Source: an uncultured delta proteobacterium (GTDB taxonomy: Bacteria > Myxococcota_A > Polyangia > Polyangiales > Polyangiaceae). Taken from it: DNA of 64,000 nucleotides. Made by a program: the position numbers and the translations under genes. The stretch is taken from positions 288,001 through 352,000 of the forward strand of contig CAWKKR010000011.1 in the NCBI GenBank assembly GCA_963850305.1, written 5' to 3'. Positions 27,053 through 36,713 of this stretch are shown piece by piece (position 1 is the first letter of the stretch; each line of letters begins with the position of its first letter). The notes beneath the pieces were generated by a model. It was not told the origin of the DNA and did not search any database. It saw only the letters and a list, made by a program, of their open reading frames with translations.

Positions 27053-27349
27053 GGTGCCCACGCCGCGACGCACCCTCGGTCGCGCCCTTCTCTGAGTTAA
27101 AAGCGAAGCCGGAACCGTACATCATCTCGCTAAGCGGGCGCCCCAATTTTCTTGCGGGAAGGAGAGCAGGGGCCACACACTTCCGCTTACATCAATGCGG
27201 CGCAGCTCGCCGCTTCGAGACCTGCCGTGTCGTCTTTCCCGTACGCATACCGCGGCGTGGTGAACGGCGGACCGCCGCCGCCCTGCGCATGCTGCCCTGC
27301 GGTGGACAGCGCTGAATTGTCTGGACTCGCCGTGCCGCGCGCACACGGG

Positions 27350-27610
27350 CAGGGCGCGCATCGAACGAGCGCGCTTCCCCACTGCCCCGCGTTCGGAGTG
27401 AGAGTTGCGCCGCCACCGAAGGCGATGGGGCACCGATGTTCCCGGTTCCGTTGTAGAGCCCGGTCAGAACGATCTGGTCCTGTGCGTCGAGCACGAACGT
27501 CACCGGGTCGTCGTCGCCGGTACCGCCGTAGCCGCGCGCCCAGTCCACGGTACCGTCGCGCAGGACCCGCGACAGCATCACGTCGGACGCCTCCTCCGGG
27601 TCGTGCGTCT
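27350..27610 (-). pseudogene. Fragment of an SBBP/beta-propeller surface protein
   Basis: DGTVDWARGYGGTGDD...LDAQDQIVLTG.Y.GT; in-frame stop upstream and a frameshift downstream. Confidence 0.5.
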
Positions 27611-27652
27611 TCTAACCGCGACCGGCGGGAATTCGCGAGGCCACGCCCGCGT

Positions 27653-28060
27653 TCAGCGCCGCGCTTGGATCATCTTCCACCCGTTGCCCGACGGATCCCG
27701 GAATCCGGCGTCCACGGTACCGAAGCGCTCCATGGGCTCCTGCGTGAACTCCACCCCCCGCGCGCGCATTCGCTCGTACGCGGCGCGGCAGTCATCCACC
27801 GTCAGGACGAGCGGCGGCATCGCGCCCTTTGCGACGATCTCGCGCAGCGACTGCGCCGTCCCGGCGTCGTGTACGGGCGGCCCCGGCAGGAACAGGCCGA
27901 GCTCGAAGGACGGCTGGTCCGGGTGCTGGACCGTCAGCCAGCGATAATCCCCGTTACGCACGTCCGCATGGACGCGGAATCCGAGCTTCTCGACGTAGAA
28001 CTCGAGCGCTTCATCCTGGTTGCGAACGTACAGACCGACCATCCCGATGCCTTGGTTCAT
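27653..28060 (-). CDS. VOC family (glyoxalase/bleomycin-resistance) protein
   Basis: LYVRNQDEALEFYVEKLGF...VDDC...RGVEF...FRDPSGNGW. Confidence 0.92.
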   Translation of the reverse strand: MNQGIGMVGLYVRNQDEALEFYVEKLGFRVHADVRNGDYRWLTVQHPDQPSFELGLFLPGPPVHDAGTAQSLREIVAKGAMPPLVLTVDDCRAAYERMRARGVEFTQEPMERFGTVDAGFRDPSGNGWKMIQARR

Positions 28061-28547
28061 GTGATCTCCGTTTCTTCAGCTCCTTAGTACCGCCCGCGCC
28101 GTGGCGTCGCTTCTCCGAAACTGCGATCGTGAGATCGGGCCGGTGCGCGGCGCTGAGAAAACAGACGGGCACGCGTTCGGGTTCGCGCGTCGCGGCCCGT
28201 TCCCGCCTGCGGAACTGACCGGGGCTCTCGCCTGTCACGTCGCGGAAGGTCCGGCCGAAGGTGCCCAGGCTGCTCCAGCCCGTCTGAAACGCGATCTCTG
28301 TGACGGGCAGGTCGGTGTCGCGGAGCAGCGCGGTGGCTCGCTCGATTCGCCGCGTGAGCAGGTATCGATGGGGTGGGACGCCGAAGGCCTCCTTGAAGGA
28401 CCGCGCGAAGTGGGCTTCGGACACGCCGCTCACGCGCGCCAGCCGGCGCACGGGCCACTCCTCGTGCGAGGCCGCGTCCATCCGGTCCTTCGCGCGCAGC
28501 AAGCGCCGGAGTAGCTCGGGATCCTGGCTCAAGCGATGAGCCTCCAC
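28011..28547 (-). CDS. AraC-family transcriptional regulator (HTH only)
   Basis: LARVSGVSEAHFARSFKEAFG..PHRYL and IAFQTGWSSLGTFGRTF; paired with the VOC gene. The 3' end overlaps it by 50 nt. Confidence 0.88.
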   Translation of the reverse strand: MEAHRLSQDPELLRRLLRAKDRMDAASHEEWPVRRLARVSGVSEAHFARSFKEAFGVPPHRYLLTRRIERATALLRDTDLPVTEIAFQTGWSSLGTFGRTFRDVTGESPGQFRRRERAATREPERVPVCFLSAAHRPDLTIAVSEKRRHGAGGTKELKKRRSHEPRHRDGRSVRSQPG

Positions 28548-28653
28548 AGAGGATGTGTGCGTTGCCAGACCAAGAACGTATCCTCGTGGAGGGCGCGGCT
28601 CACTGTGTTCGACCGCGTACCATGGTTCGGCCGAGCCGAGCTGCCGCGCGATC

Positions 28654-29660
28654 TCATTGCCGGGCGCGATACGTCGAAGGCGCCGCGCCTTCCCAGCGCT
28701 TGAAGGCGCGCCGGAAGTTCGCGAGGTCCGTGTAGCCGAGGCGATAGGCGATCTCGTCCATGCCGAAGTGGCCCGACTTCAGGTGTTCGACGGCGAGCGT
28801 GTGTCGCACGGACTCGAGGATCTCCTCGATAGGACGTCCCCTCCTCCACGAGGCGCCGATGCAGCGTGCGTGTGGTCATGCGGAAGAGGCGCGCGGTCAC
28901 CTGGAGCGACGGGAAGCCGCTCTGCTTCTCGAGCAGCAGGCGCCGCACGCGCGCGCTCGTCGAGGCGTGCGCCGCGATCTGCTCGAGCTCGCGCTGACAG
29001 ATCAGCGCCGCGTCCTGGAACGCGGCCGGGTCCGCAAGCTTGAGCGGTAGATTCGAGCGCGCTCGCCGGTGCCGAGAAGCCGGTCCATTGCTGGTCGTAC
29101 CGCACGGGGCACCCGAAGATCTCGCGCGCGAGCGTCGCGTGCTCGGGCTTGGGGAAAACGAAGCTCACCTCGCTGACGTGACACGCGCCGAGCGTGACCT
29201 CGTCGAGGACGTTCTTGATGCCGAGCACGATCGCTTCGAGGAGTGGACGCTGGATGTCCCCGAGCGGCAGCATCTCCGTGAACCGCACCCGCGCCTCCCG
29301 CGGGTCGACCTCGTGGGAGATCGTGACGAGCGAAGTGCGCAGCCGCGCGAAGCGCTCGACGATGTCGAGGGCCTGCCGCACCGTGCTGCTGTTCACGGCC
29401 GCCGCGCCGACCATGCCGTGAGTGCTGGCGAGGAGCCGCTCACCGACGAACAGTCCGAGCGCGGGCTCGCGCGCGATGGCCAGCGCCTCGAGCACGAGCT
29501 GCCGCAGCTGCGGGTACGGAAACATGCGGTGCGGATTCGCGAACTCGGCCTCTTCCATCCCGCAGCGACGGAGCCAGTCGTCGACGCTCGCGCCGCTGGT
29601 GCGCAGCTGATCGCCGATGAGCCGCACGTACTCGGCGGGCGTGCTGAAGTCGTCCGGCAT
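28654..29660 (-). CDS. AraC-family regulator with ligand-binding domain, interrupted by two +1 frameshifts (29052-53 and 28824-25)
   Basis: Removing one base at each site gives a continuous 334-aa protein: ...ALDLPLKLADP...MTTRTLHRRLVEEGTSYREILESVR...IAYRLGYTDLANFRRAFKRW. Confidence 0.85.
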
Positions 29661-29671
29661 CTCGCCGATCG

Positions 29672-29710
29672 ATTGGCAACAAATGACCCTTCATTGTCAA
29701 GAAATGACCT
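29672..29710. promoter_or_regulatory. Imperfect direct repeat with 21-bp period; candidate AraC operator
   Basis: attggcaacaaatgaccc (29672-29689) and attgtcaagaaatgacct (29693-29710), in the divergent intergenic region. Confidence 0.7.
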
Positions 29711-29800
29711 CCCTTGCTCGCCGACCGATCCGTAGAATCAGGGTGTAGCCGCGCGTGGATCCGATGTGATCCGCAGCAATCACCGGTAGATGAGGCGTCC

Positions 29801-32068
29801 ATGGAAGGCCCGATTTCCCCCGAAAGGCTCACGACCGTCCGGATCAACGGCCAGGCCGTCCCCGTCGAGCCGAAGGAGACCGTGCTCCAGGCGGCGCTGC
29901 GCGCCGGGGTCGACTTCCCGAACAGCTGCCGCGTGGGCGGCTGCGGCACGTGCCGATGCAAGCTCGCGTCGGGTCGAGTGAAGGAGCTCACCGAGACTGG
30001 TTACCTCCTGACGGCGGAGGAGATTGACCAAGGCTACATCCTCGCGTGCCAGAGCGTGCCGCAAACGGACGTGAGCGTGGAGGTGGATCTCTCGCGTGCG
30101 TCGGCCCGAGGCGTGCCCGGTCGCATCGTCGGGCAGGCCAAGGTCACGCACGACATCACGCGGCTCACCGTGCAGCTCGATCAGCCCGTCCCCTACAAGG
30201 CGGGCCAGTTCGCGAACCTCGCCATCGACGGCTTGCCCGGCGTGATACGAAGCTACTCCTTCGCGAGCCCGTCGCACCGCGACGCCCGGGTCACGTTCTA
30301 CGTTCGCAAGGTGCCCGGCGGTGAAGTCTCGTCCCTCCTCAACGACACCGAGGTCGTCGGGCGCGGCGTGCGCGTCGACGGCCCCGTCGGAGACTTCTTC
30401 CTGCGAGCGAGCGATGCTCCGCTCCTCTTCGTGGCGGGTGGAAGCGGGCTCGCTCCGATCCTCGCGATCTTGAAGGACGCCGTCGCCGCGGGCGTGACGC
30501 GATCCGCGACGCTGCTCTTCGGCGCCCGAACCCAGGCCGACCTGTACGCGCTCGAAGAGATCGAGGCGATCGCCGCGCAATGGCGGGGCTCGTTCCGCTT
30601 CGTGCCGGTGCTGTCCGCCGCACACGACGACGGGGCGTGGGCGGGCGAGCGCGGGCTCGTGACGGAGAAGATCCCGGAGCTCCTCGAGCGGGGCTCGCAC
30701 GGATACCTGTGCGGCCCTCCCGCGATGATCGACGGCGCGATCGAGCTCCTCCGACGCCAGGGCGTGTCGCGCGAGCACATCCACTTCGACCGCTTCACGA
30801 CTCGCGCGGACGCCGAGAGCGCGAAGGTGGTCGCCCCCGCCGCCGAGCTCACCCAGGAGCGGTCGACGGCTGGCGTCCTGCACTACCTGAAGTATTTCGC
30901 CTTCCACCTCATCGGCCTGCTCGCCGTGAGCGCCATCTTCGGCGGCGGCAACATCGCGACGAGCGGGCTGCTCACCGTGCTCGCCCTGTACGTGCTCGGC
31001 GACGCCCTCCTCGGCGACGACACGTCGACGCCGCACTTCACGTACCCGAAGATTCTGACGGCGCAGCTCTGGCTCGCCTTGCCGTTGCTCTCCCTGATCG
31101 TATTCGCAGCCGTGTGGAGCGTGTCACCGGGAGACCCTCTCGGCGCGGGCGCGCTCATCCACCGGTACCTGGGCTATGACGCGCTCGCCGCCCGCGCGGC
31201 TACGGGCGCGGGCGGCTACGTCTCGATTTTCGCGCTCACCGGCCTGATGATCGGGATGATCGGCACCATCACCGCGCACGAGCTCACCCACCGGACGTGG
31301 GATCCGGTTTCCATGCTGATCGGACGCTGGCTGCTCGCCTTCAGCTTCGACACCACCTTCGCCATCGAGCACGTCTACGGGCACCACCGGTACGTCTCGA
31401 CCGTGGAAGACCCCGCGACGGCTCCGCGCGGACGCAACGTCTACCATCACATCGTCGCTTCGACGATCAAGGGCAATGTCAGCGCGTGGAAGATCGAGAC
31501 GGACCGGCTCCGCAAGAAGCACCTCGGCGTGTTCAGCTGGCACAACGCGATGATTCGCGGCGAGCTGATGAGCGCAGCGTTGGTCGCGCTGTCCTTCGCG
31601 CTCGGCGGCGTCCGGGGCTGCGCGTTCTTTATCGTGTGCGCGCTCTGGGGAAAATCCCTTCTCGAGATCGTGAACTACATGGAGCACTACGGCATGGTGC
31701 GGAACCCGGCGACGCCCGTGCAGCCGCGCCACTCGTGGAACACCAACCGTCGCGTGAGCTCCTGGACGATGTTCAATCTCACCCGGCACTCGCATCACCA
31801 TGCCCAGGGCGAGGTCCCCTACCAGGACCTGAAGCCCTATGCCGACGCCCCGATGATGGTGAGCGGCTACCTGACGACGATCATGATCGCGATGCTGCCC
31901 CCGCTCTGGCACAGGCTCATGACGCCGAAGGTGCTCGTGTGGGACCGCGACTACGCGACTGCCGAAGAGCTCGAGCTCGCCGCTCGCGCCAACCAGAAGA
32001 GTGGCATGCGCGCCTTCACCGCCGGCGCGCCACCAGCCTACGGCTCGACTCAGGCGACTCGCGCGTGA
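29801..32068 (+). CDS. alkB: Fusion of 2Fe-2S ferredoxin, FAD/NAD(P) reductase and alkane 1-monooxygenase (AlkB-type)
   Basis: SCRVGGCGTC...LAC; RSYSFAS, GEVS, AGGSGLAP, YLCGPPAM; His boxes HELTH, EHVYGHH, NYMEHYG and LTRHSHHH. Confidence 0.92.
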   Translation: MEGPISPERLTTVRINGQAVPVEPKETVLQAALRAGVDFPNSCRVGGCGTCRCKLASGRVKELTETGYLLTAEEIDQGYILACQSVPQTDVSVEVDLSRASARGVPGRIVGQAKVTHDITRLTVQLDQPVPYKAGQFANLAIDGLPGVIRSYSFASPSHRDARVTFYVRKVPGGEVSSLLNDTEVVGRGVRVDGPVGDFFLRASDAPLLFVAGGSGLAPILAILKDAVAAGVTRSATLLFGARTQADLYALEEIEAIAAQWRGSFRFVPVLSAAHDDGAWAGERGLVTEKIPELLERGSHGYLCGPPAMIDGAIELLRRQGVSREHIHFDRFTTRADAESAKVVAPAAELTQERSTAGVLHYLKYFAFHLIGLLAVSAIFGGGNIATSGLLTVLALYVLGDALLGDDTSTPHFTYPKILTAQLWLALPLLSLIVFAAVWSVSPGDPLGAGALIHRYLGYDALAARAATGAGGYVSIFALTGLMIGMIGTITAHELTHRTWDPVSMLIGRWLLAFSFDTTFAIEHVYGHHRYVSTVEDPATAPRGRNVYHHIVASTIKGNVSAWKIETDRLRKKHLGVFSWHNAMIRGELMSAALVALSFALGGVRGCAFFIVCALWGKSLLEIVNYMEHYGMVRNPATPVQPRHSWNTNRRVSSWTMFNLTRHSHHHAQGEVPYQDLKPYADAPMMVSGYLTTIMIAMLPPLWHRLMTPKVLVWDRDYATAEELELAARANQKSGMRAFTAGAPPAYGSTQATRA

Positions 32069-32141
32069 GCAGTCAGCGTCCGTCGCGGACCACCTCGAGT
32101 GGTCCCGTCGTTCGCGAAGAGTTCCCTCCCCGCGTTGCGGC

Positions 32142-32182
32142 AAGGCCGTTCCACGTCACGGAAAGGCCGTTCCACGTCACGG
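32142..32182. repeat. Intergenic direct repeat, 2 x 20 bp with 21-bp period
   Basis: aaggccgttccacgtcacgg at 32142-32161 and 32163-32182, between the convergent alkB and putA. Confidence 0.85.
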
Positions 32183-32203
32183 CGGCAAGGCATCCGAGTC
32201 TCG

Positions 32204-35173
32204 TCAATCCTCCGGCGCGAACCCGCGGCGGAGGGTGTTCTCGGTGACGGTCCGGGCAGTGGCGAAGTGCAGCAGGTAGTCGCGGCCGCCCGCCTTGCCG
32301 CCGGTGCCGGAGTGCCGGTGGCCGCCGAAGGGCTGACGTGAGACGAGCGCGCCGGTGATCTTGCGGTTCACGTAGAGGTTGCCGACGTCGAAGTCGGCGC
32401 GAGCACGGGCGATGTGGGCGGGGCTCCGCGAATAGACGCCACCCGTGAGCGCGTATTCGGTCCCGTTCGCGAGCGCGAGCGCGTGCGCGAAGTCCCTCGC
32501 ACGCAGCACGGCGAGGACCGGGCCGAAGATCTCTTCCTGGGCGAGCTTCGACGTCGGATCGACGTCGGCGACGATCACGGGCGCGGCGAAGTATCCCCGC
32601 TTCGTGCCGGGACCGAGCTCGCCGCGATAGACCACCCGCGCGGCGCGGCTCGCCGCCTCGACGTAGCGCGCGACGCGTCCCACGGACTCGGCGTCGATGA
32701 GAGGGCCCACGGAGCTCGCGGGGTCGTCGGCAGGACCCGTGACGAGAGCGCGAGCGGCTTCGACGAGCCTTTCGACGAACGCATCGTGGGCTCGCCCGAC
32801 GACGATGACGCGGCTGCACGCCGAGCACTTCTGACCCGCGTACCCGAACGCGGACGCGAGCACGCCGGGGACGGCTTCGTCGAAGTCGGCGTCGTCATCG
32901 ACGATGATCGCGTTCTTGCCGCCCATCTCGGCGATGACTTTCTTGATGCCGAAGGGTCCGATCGACGTTTCCGCCGCCCTCCGGGCGATCAGGTGTCCAG
33001 CGGCACGCGAGCCGGTGAACGCAATGGTCGCGATATCGGGGTGCTCGACGAGCCGCGCGCCCGCGACCTCGCCGAGGCCGGGCAAGAAGTGGAGGGCTCG
33101 CGCCGGCACGCCCGCCTGGCGGAACAGGCGGAAGACGTGGAAGGCACACGCGGGGGTTTGCTCGGCGGGTTTCAGGAGTACCGGATTGCCCATCACGAGG
33201 GCCGCGCTCGCCATGCCCGTCAAGATCGCGAAGGGGAAATTCCAGGGACTGATGACCGCTGTGGGGCCGCGGGGTCCGAGCGTGGTCACGTTGTCCTCGC
33301 CCGGGACCGCGCACCGCTCGGGCTTCGAGAGAGCGCGCGCCTCGACGGCGTAGTAACGACAGAAGTCGATCGCCTCGGCGATGTCCGCGTCGGCGTCGCG
33401 GATCGGCTTCCCGGCTTCGAGACATGCCCAGGCCGCAAGTTCGTCGCGCCGCGCCGCCATCGAGGCGGCGACGCGCTCCAGGATCGCCGCTCGCTCGTAC
33501 GCGGGAACCGCGCGCCACTCGGCTAAGCCCTCCTTCGCGGATTCCACCGCTCGATCGACATGGCCGGCCTCGGCGGATGCACTCGACGCGACGACGCGCG
33601 TGGCGTCCGACGGGCACACGCTCCGGATCAGCTCGGCGGTATCGACGTCCCCGCCCGCGATGACGAGCGAGCAGTGAATCCCGGCATCCCGCGACACGCT
33701 CGCGAACGCGCTGCGAAAGGCGGTCCGCGCTTCCTCGTTCGAGAAGTCGCGAAGGGGCTCGTTCTGGAATGCGTCGCCCGGGTCAAGGTTCATCGGGGTT
33801 TCCTCTCGGGGTGGGGACGGAAGCGGTGGCGCGACGAGCCAGTCGATATCTTGGCCGCTGCCCAGCTCGTGCCGCACGAAGGATTCGTTGGAGGTGTTTT
33901 CGAGAAGGCGTCTCACCAGATAGGCCATGCCGGGAATGAGCTCGCCGAAGGGCATGTAGACCCGCACGCGCTGGCCCATCTTCGTGAGTCCGACTTTGAG
34001 GGCTTCGGCCATGCCGTAGAGGGCCTGGAGCTCGATGTAGCGCTCCGGAAGGCCCCGCACCCGCGCCACCGAGAGCGCTCGCGAAAGGCTTCGTACGTTG
34101 TGGCTCCCGAACGCCGGCCGGAGGGTGCTCTCGCGATCGAGCAAGAGCTCGGTGCACCGCTCGTAGTTCGCGTCGGTCTCCCATTTCCGCTCCCAGACCG
34201 GCACCGGCCAGCCGCGTTGTCGGGCGAGCACCGTCTCGGAATCCCAGTACGCGCCCTTGACGAGTCGCACCCAGAAGGGAGCGCCGCGCCGGCGCGCGAA
34301 CGCCGAGAGCCGTCCGAGGTCACGCTCCGCGTCGCGCAGATAGGCCTGGAGAACGACGCCGACGTGCGCATTCCTGGCGTAGCGAGGGCTCCCGAGCACT
34401 TCTTCGAAGATTGAAAGCGTGAGGTCCTTGCGTTCGTATTGCTCCATGTCGACGTGGACGAACGCGCCGACTTCCGCGGCGACGTCGAGGATGGAGCGGA
34501 GCCGGGGGACGACGGCGCGTGCCACTCCGTCGGGGTCGAGGGGATCGAAGATGGACGTCAATGCGGACAGCTTGATGGAAATGTTTACCCGCGGGAGACG
34601 CGAGCCGTCGTGGTCGCGATCGATGCGCGGGTCCTCCGGGAGGGACGCCACGGCGCTCGCCGTCTCGCGGAGCAGCGCGACGTATTGATCGCGATAAGCG
34701 TCCGCTTCGCGTTCGGTGAGCACGGCTTCACCGAGCGCATCGAGGGTGGCCGCGAGGCCGCGCGACCGGAGCTCGCGGATCGCGACGACGAGCTCGCGCG
34801 GCGTGGTGCCGGCGATGAACCTCTTCGCCATCCGGAGAACGTTGCGACGCGCCGTCCTCGAGACGACTCGCGCGACGCGCCGCTCCGACCGCGAGAGGTC
34901 GACCGTCCACCGGAGCGGCACGGGGAGGTCGTCCCGCGCGTCCCCGAGGTATTCGACGAGGTGCGCCGTGACGTCATCGGGCGGCAGCGCCGGGAGGACG
35001 TCGATGAACCGGAAGAGCTCCGCTTTCAGGTGCGGATGGCGCATACAGAAGTCGAGGACGAGGTCATCCCAGAATGCCGTATCCGGCAGCCACGGCACGT
35101 CGCTCGAGGATTGCTCGAGGAGCGCTCGCGCCGTACGCTCGGTGGCTTCCTCGATGTCGTCGGACTCGGGCAC
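32204..35173 (-). CDS. putA: Bifunctional proline dehydrogenase / P5C dehydrogenase
   Basis: LFRFIDVLP, SIKLS, VDME, RLVKGAYW, HN, YLVRRLLEN; ALDH motifs PWNFP, FTGS, EMGGKN, GQKCSAC, EEIFGP. Confidence 0.96.
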   Translation of the reverse strand: MPESDDIEEATERTARALLEQSSSDVPWLPDTAFWDDLVLDFCMRHPHLKAELFRFIDVLPALPPDDVTAHLVEYLGDARDDLPVPLRWTVDLSRSERRVARVVSRTARRNVLRMAKRFIAGTTPRELVVAIRELRSRGLAATLDALGEAVLTEREADAYRDQYVALLRETASAVASLPEDPRIDRDHDGSRLPRVNISIKLSALTSIFDPLDPDGVARAVVPRLRSILDVAAEVGAFVHVDMEQYERKDLTLSIFEEVLGSPRYARNAHVGVVLQAYLRDAERDLGRLSAFARRRGAPFWVRLVKGAYWDSETVLARQRGWPVPVWERKWETDANYERCTELLLDRESTLRPAFGSHNVRSLSRALSVARVRGLPERYIELQALYGMAEALKVGLTKMGQRVRVYMPFGELIPGMAYLVRRLLENTSNESFVRHELGSGQDIDWLVAPPLPSPPREETPMNLDPGDAFQNEPLRDFSNEEARTAFRSAFASVSRDAGIHCSLVIAGGDVDTAELIRSVCPSDATRVVASSASAEAGHVDRAVESAKEGLAEWRAVPAYERAAILERVAASMAARRDELAAWACLEAGKPIRDADADIAEAIDFCRYYAVEARALSKPERCAVPGEDNVTTLGPRGPTAVISPWNFPFAILTGMASAALVMGNPVLLKPAEQTPACAFHVFRLFRQAGVPARALHFLPGLGEVAGARLVEHPDIATIAFTGSRAAGHLIARRAAETSIGPFGIKKVIAEMGGKNAIIVDDDADFDEAVPGVLASAFGYAGQKCSACSRVIVVGRAHDAFVERLVEAARALVTGPADDPASSVGPLIDAESVGRVARYVEAASRAARVVYRGELGPGTKRGYFAAPVIVADVDPTSKLAQEEIFGPVLAVLRARDFAHALALANGTEYALTGGVYSRSPAHIARARADFDVGNLYVNRKITGALVSRQPFGGHRHSGTGGKAGGRDYLLHFATARTVTENTLRRGFAPED

Positions 35174-35261
35174 CGAGTGAGCTTAGCGCGCGCGGAAGGC
35201 TCGTCGCCGATCCGCCCGCGGAACCTTGGAGTAGGATGCCCGTTCGAACCAAAGGAGCGCC

Positions 35262-36119
35262 ATGGACCCCGATTTAGACGACGACCCGAACCTCCTTCCG
35301 CGAAGACCGAGTGGCACCGGCCGGCTCGTGATGGTTCTCGGCATTCTCCTGCCCGCGTCGATCGGTGCCGGCATCGCGATCGGGGCGTACACTTTCGGCT
35401 CCCCTCACCCGTCCGCGGCGCCCGTTGCGAGCGTCGAAAAACCTAAATGCCCGCCCGTTCCGACGGTTCCCGTTCCGGTGACCCTGGTCGACCGGGCGAT
35501 TGCCGGTGACTACCAGGCCCTCGATGCACTCAAGGCCAAGGCGCCCGCGGATCGCACCGTCGAGGAGACGCTCGCCCTCTGGCGAGGCAAGGCGCACAAC
35601 AAGTCGGCGGCTCTCGAGGGTTTCAACAAGGAGATCAAGAAGAACGCGGACGTGCTCTCGGACAAGAGCCAGCTTTCGCGGCTCAAGGATTTCCTGAACG
35701 ACCGCGAGACCACGAACCAGGCCGCTGCGGTCATCGTGGACCTTCCCGGCACGCTCGGCCCGGATCTTCTTTACGAAGCCGCGACTGCGAGAAAACCCGG
35801 GGAAACGGGCGAGCTTGCGGATGAACTCCTCGAGACGAAGCAAGTACGCGACAAGGCGTCTCCTGCGTTACTGCTGGCGCTCGACCTGAAAAAGTCCACG
35901 CAGTGCGAGGACTTCAAGGCGCTGCTCCCGCGGGCCGCAGAGCAGGGCGATCGCCGCTCCGTTCCGCTCCTGTTCAAGTTGACGAAAAAGCACGGGTGCG
36001 GGGACAACAAGCTCGGCGATTGTTATGAGTGTCTGAGGCCGCTCGAAAAGGACAAGACTGCGATCGACCTCGGGAAGGCGCTGAAGGCAGCTCTGAAGCG
36101 CCCCGCTCCAAAGCTCTGA
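35262..36119 (+). CDS. Single-pass membrane protein with Cys-containing helical extracytoplasmic domain
   Basis: TM helix, Pro linker, then C...GDRR...GCG....DCYECLR, like the C-terminal domain of Polyangiales Ser/Thr kinases; no kinase domain. Confidence 0.6.
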   Translation: MDPDLDDDPNLLPRRPSGTGRLVMVLGILLPASIGAGIAIGAYTFGSPHPSAAPVASVEKPKCPPVPTVPVPVTLVDRAIAGDYQALDALKAKAPADRTVEETLALWRGKAHNKSAALEGFNKEIKKNADVLSDKSQLSRLKDFLNDRETTNQAAAVIVDLPGTLGPDLLYEAATARKPGETGELADELLETKQVRDKASPALLLALDLKKSTQCEDFKALLPRAAEQGDRRSVPLLFKLTKKHGCGDNKLGDCYECLRPLEKDKTAIDLGKALKAALKRPAPKL

Positions 36120-36122
36120 GAG

Positions 36123-36698
36123 ATGAGAGAACTTCCGGCCGTTCGCGTGAGCGCCGCTCGCGACATGGTCGCATTCGCGGAAAAGTTCGAAGCAGGGACG
36201 CGGGCCAAGATCCTGGATCGTATGCCTCCGGCGACACGCCAGGCGTTCGAGTCGAGCCCGCGGACGTCGTGGTCCGGCATCGAAGACGATCACTGGGTCG
36301 TGGATGGCGTCGTGAACGCCCTAGGACGCAAGCGAGCGGTCGAATGTTGGCGGAGCGCTATCCCCGACCTGATCGACAAACCGCTCCTTCACGGTTTCGT
36401 GTCCGGCATGGTGCGGCTCTTCGGACGAGATCCCGCGCGGATCATCGGCCTCGTGCCGAAGGGCTGGCCGCTCGTGTTCCGCAACTTCTGCGACCTACGC
36501 TCGGCAGATGGCGACGGACAGCGCGCCATCATCCATTTCGAACGAGTCGCGCCGGAGGTGAAGGCCTACCCGAACTACTTTCATTCCTGGGATGGGATCC
36601 TGCAGGGGGTGCTCCTCATCTGCCGCGTCGACGGCACCGTCGACTTCACCGTCGGGCGGGATATGACCAGCGCCGAGGCCATCGTCCGGTGGGGTTGA
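36123..36698 (+). CDS. Myxococcota-type hypothetical protein (DUF2378/V4R-like)
   Basis: Length, W-x-x-x-E segment and terminal VRWG are typical of this family; 3 nt after the previous gene. Confidence 0.55.
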   Translation: MRELPAVRVSAARDMVAFAEKFEAGTRAKILDRMPPATRQAFESSPRTSWSGIEDDHWVVDGVVNALGRKRAVECWRSAIPDLIDKPLLHGFVSGMVRLFGRDPARIIGLVPKGWPLVFRNFCDLRSADGDGQRAIIHFERVAPEVKAYPNYFHSWDGILQGVLLICRVDGTVDFTVGRDMTSAEAIVRWG

Positions 36699-36713
36699 GG
36701 AGTCGGGCCGCGA

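Noticed and set aside
32142..32182. CRISPR or IS end
   Set aside because: Only two adjacent copies with no spacer, and no transposase or terminal inverted repeats.
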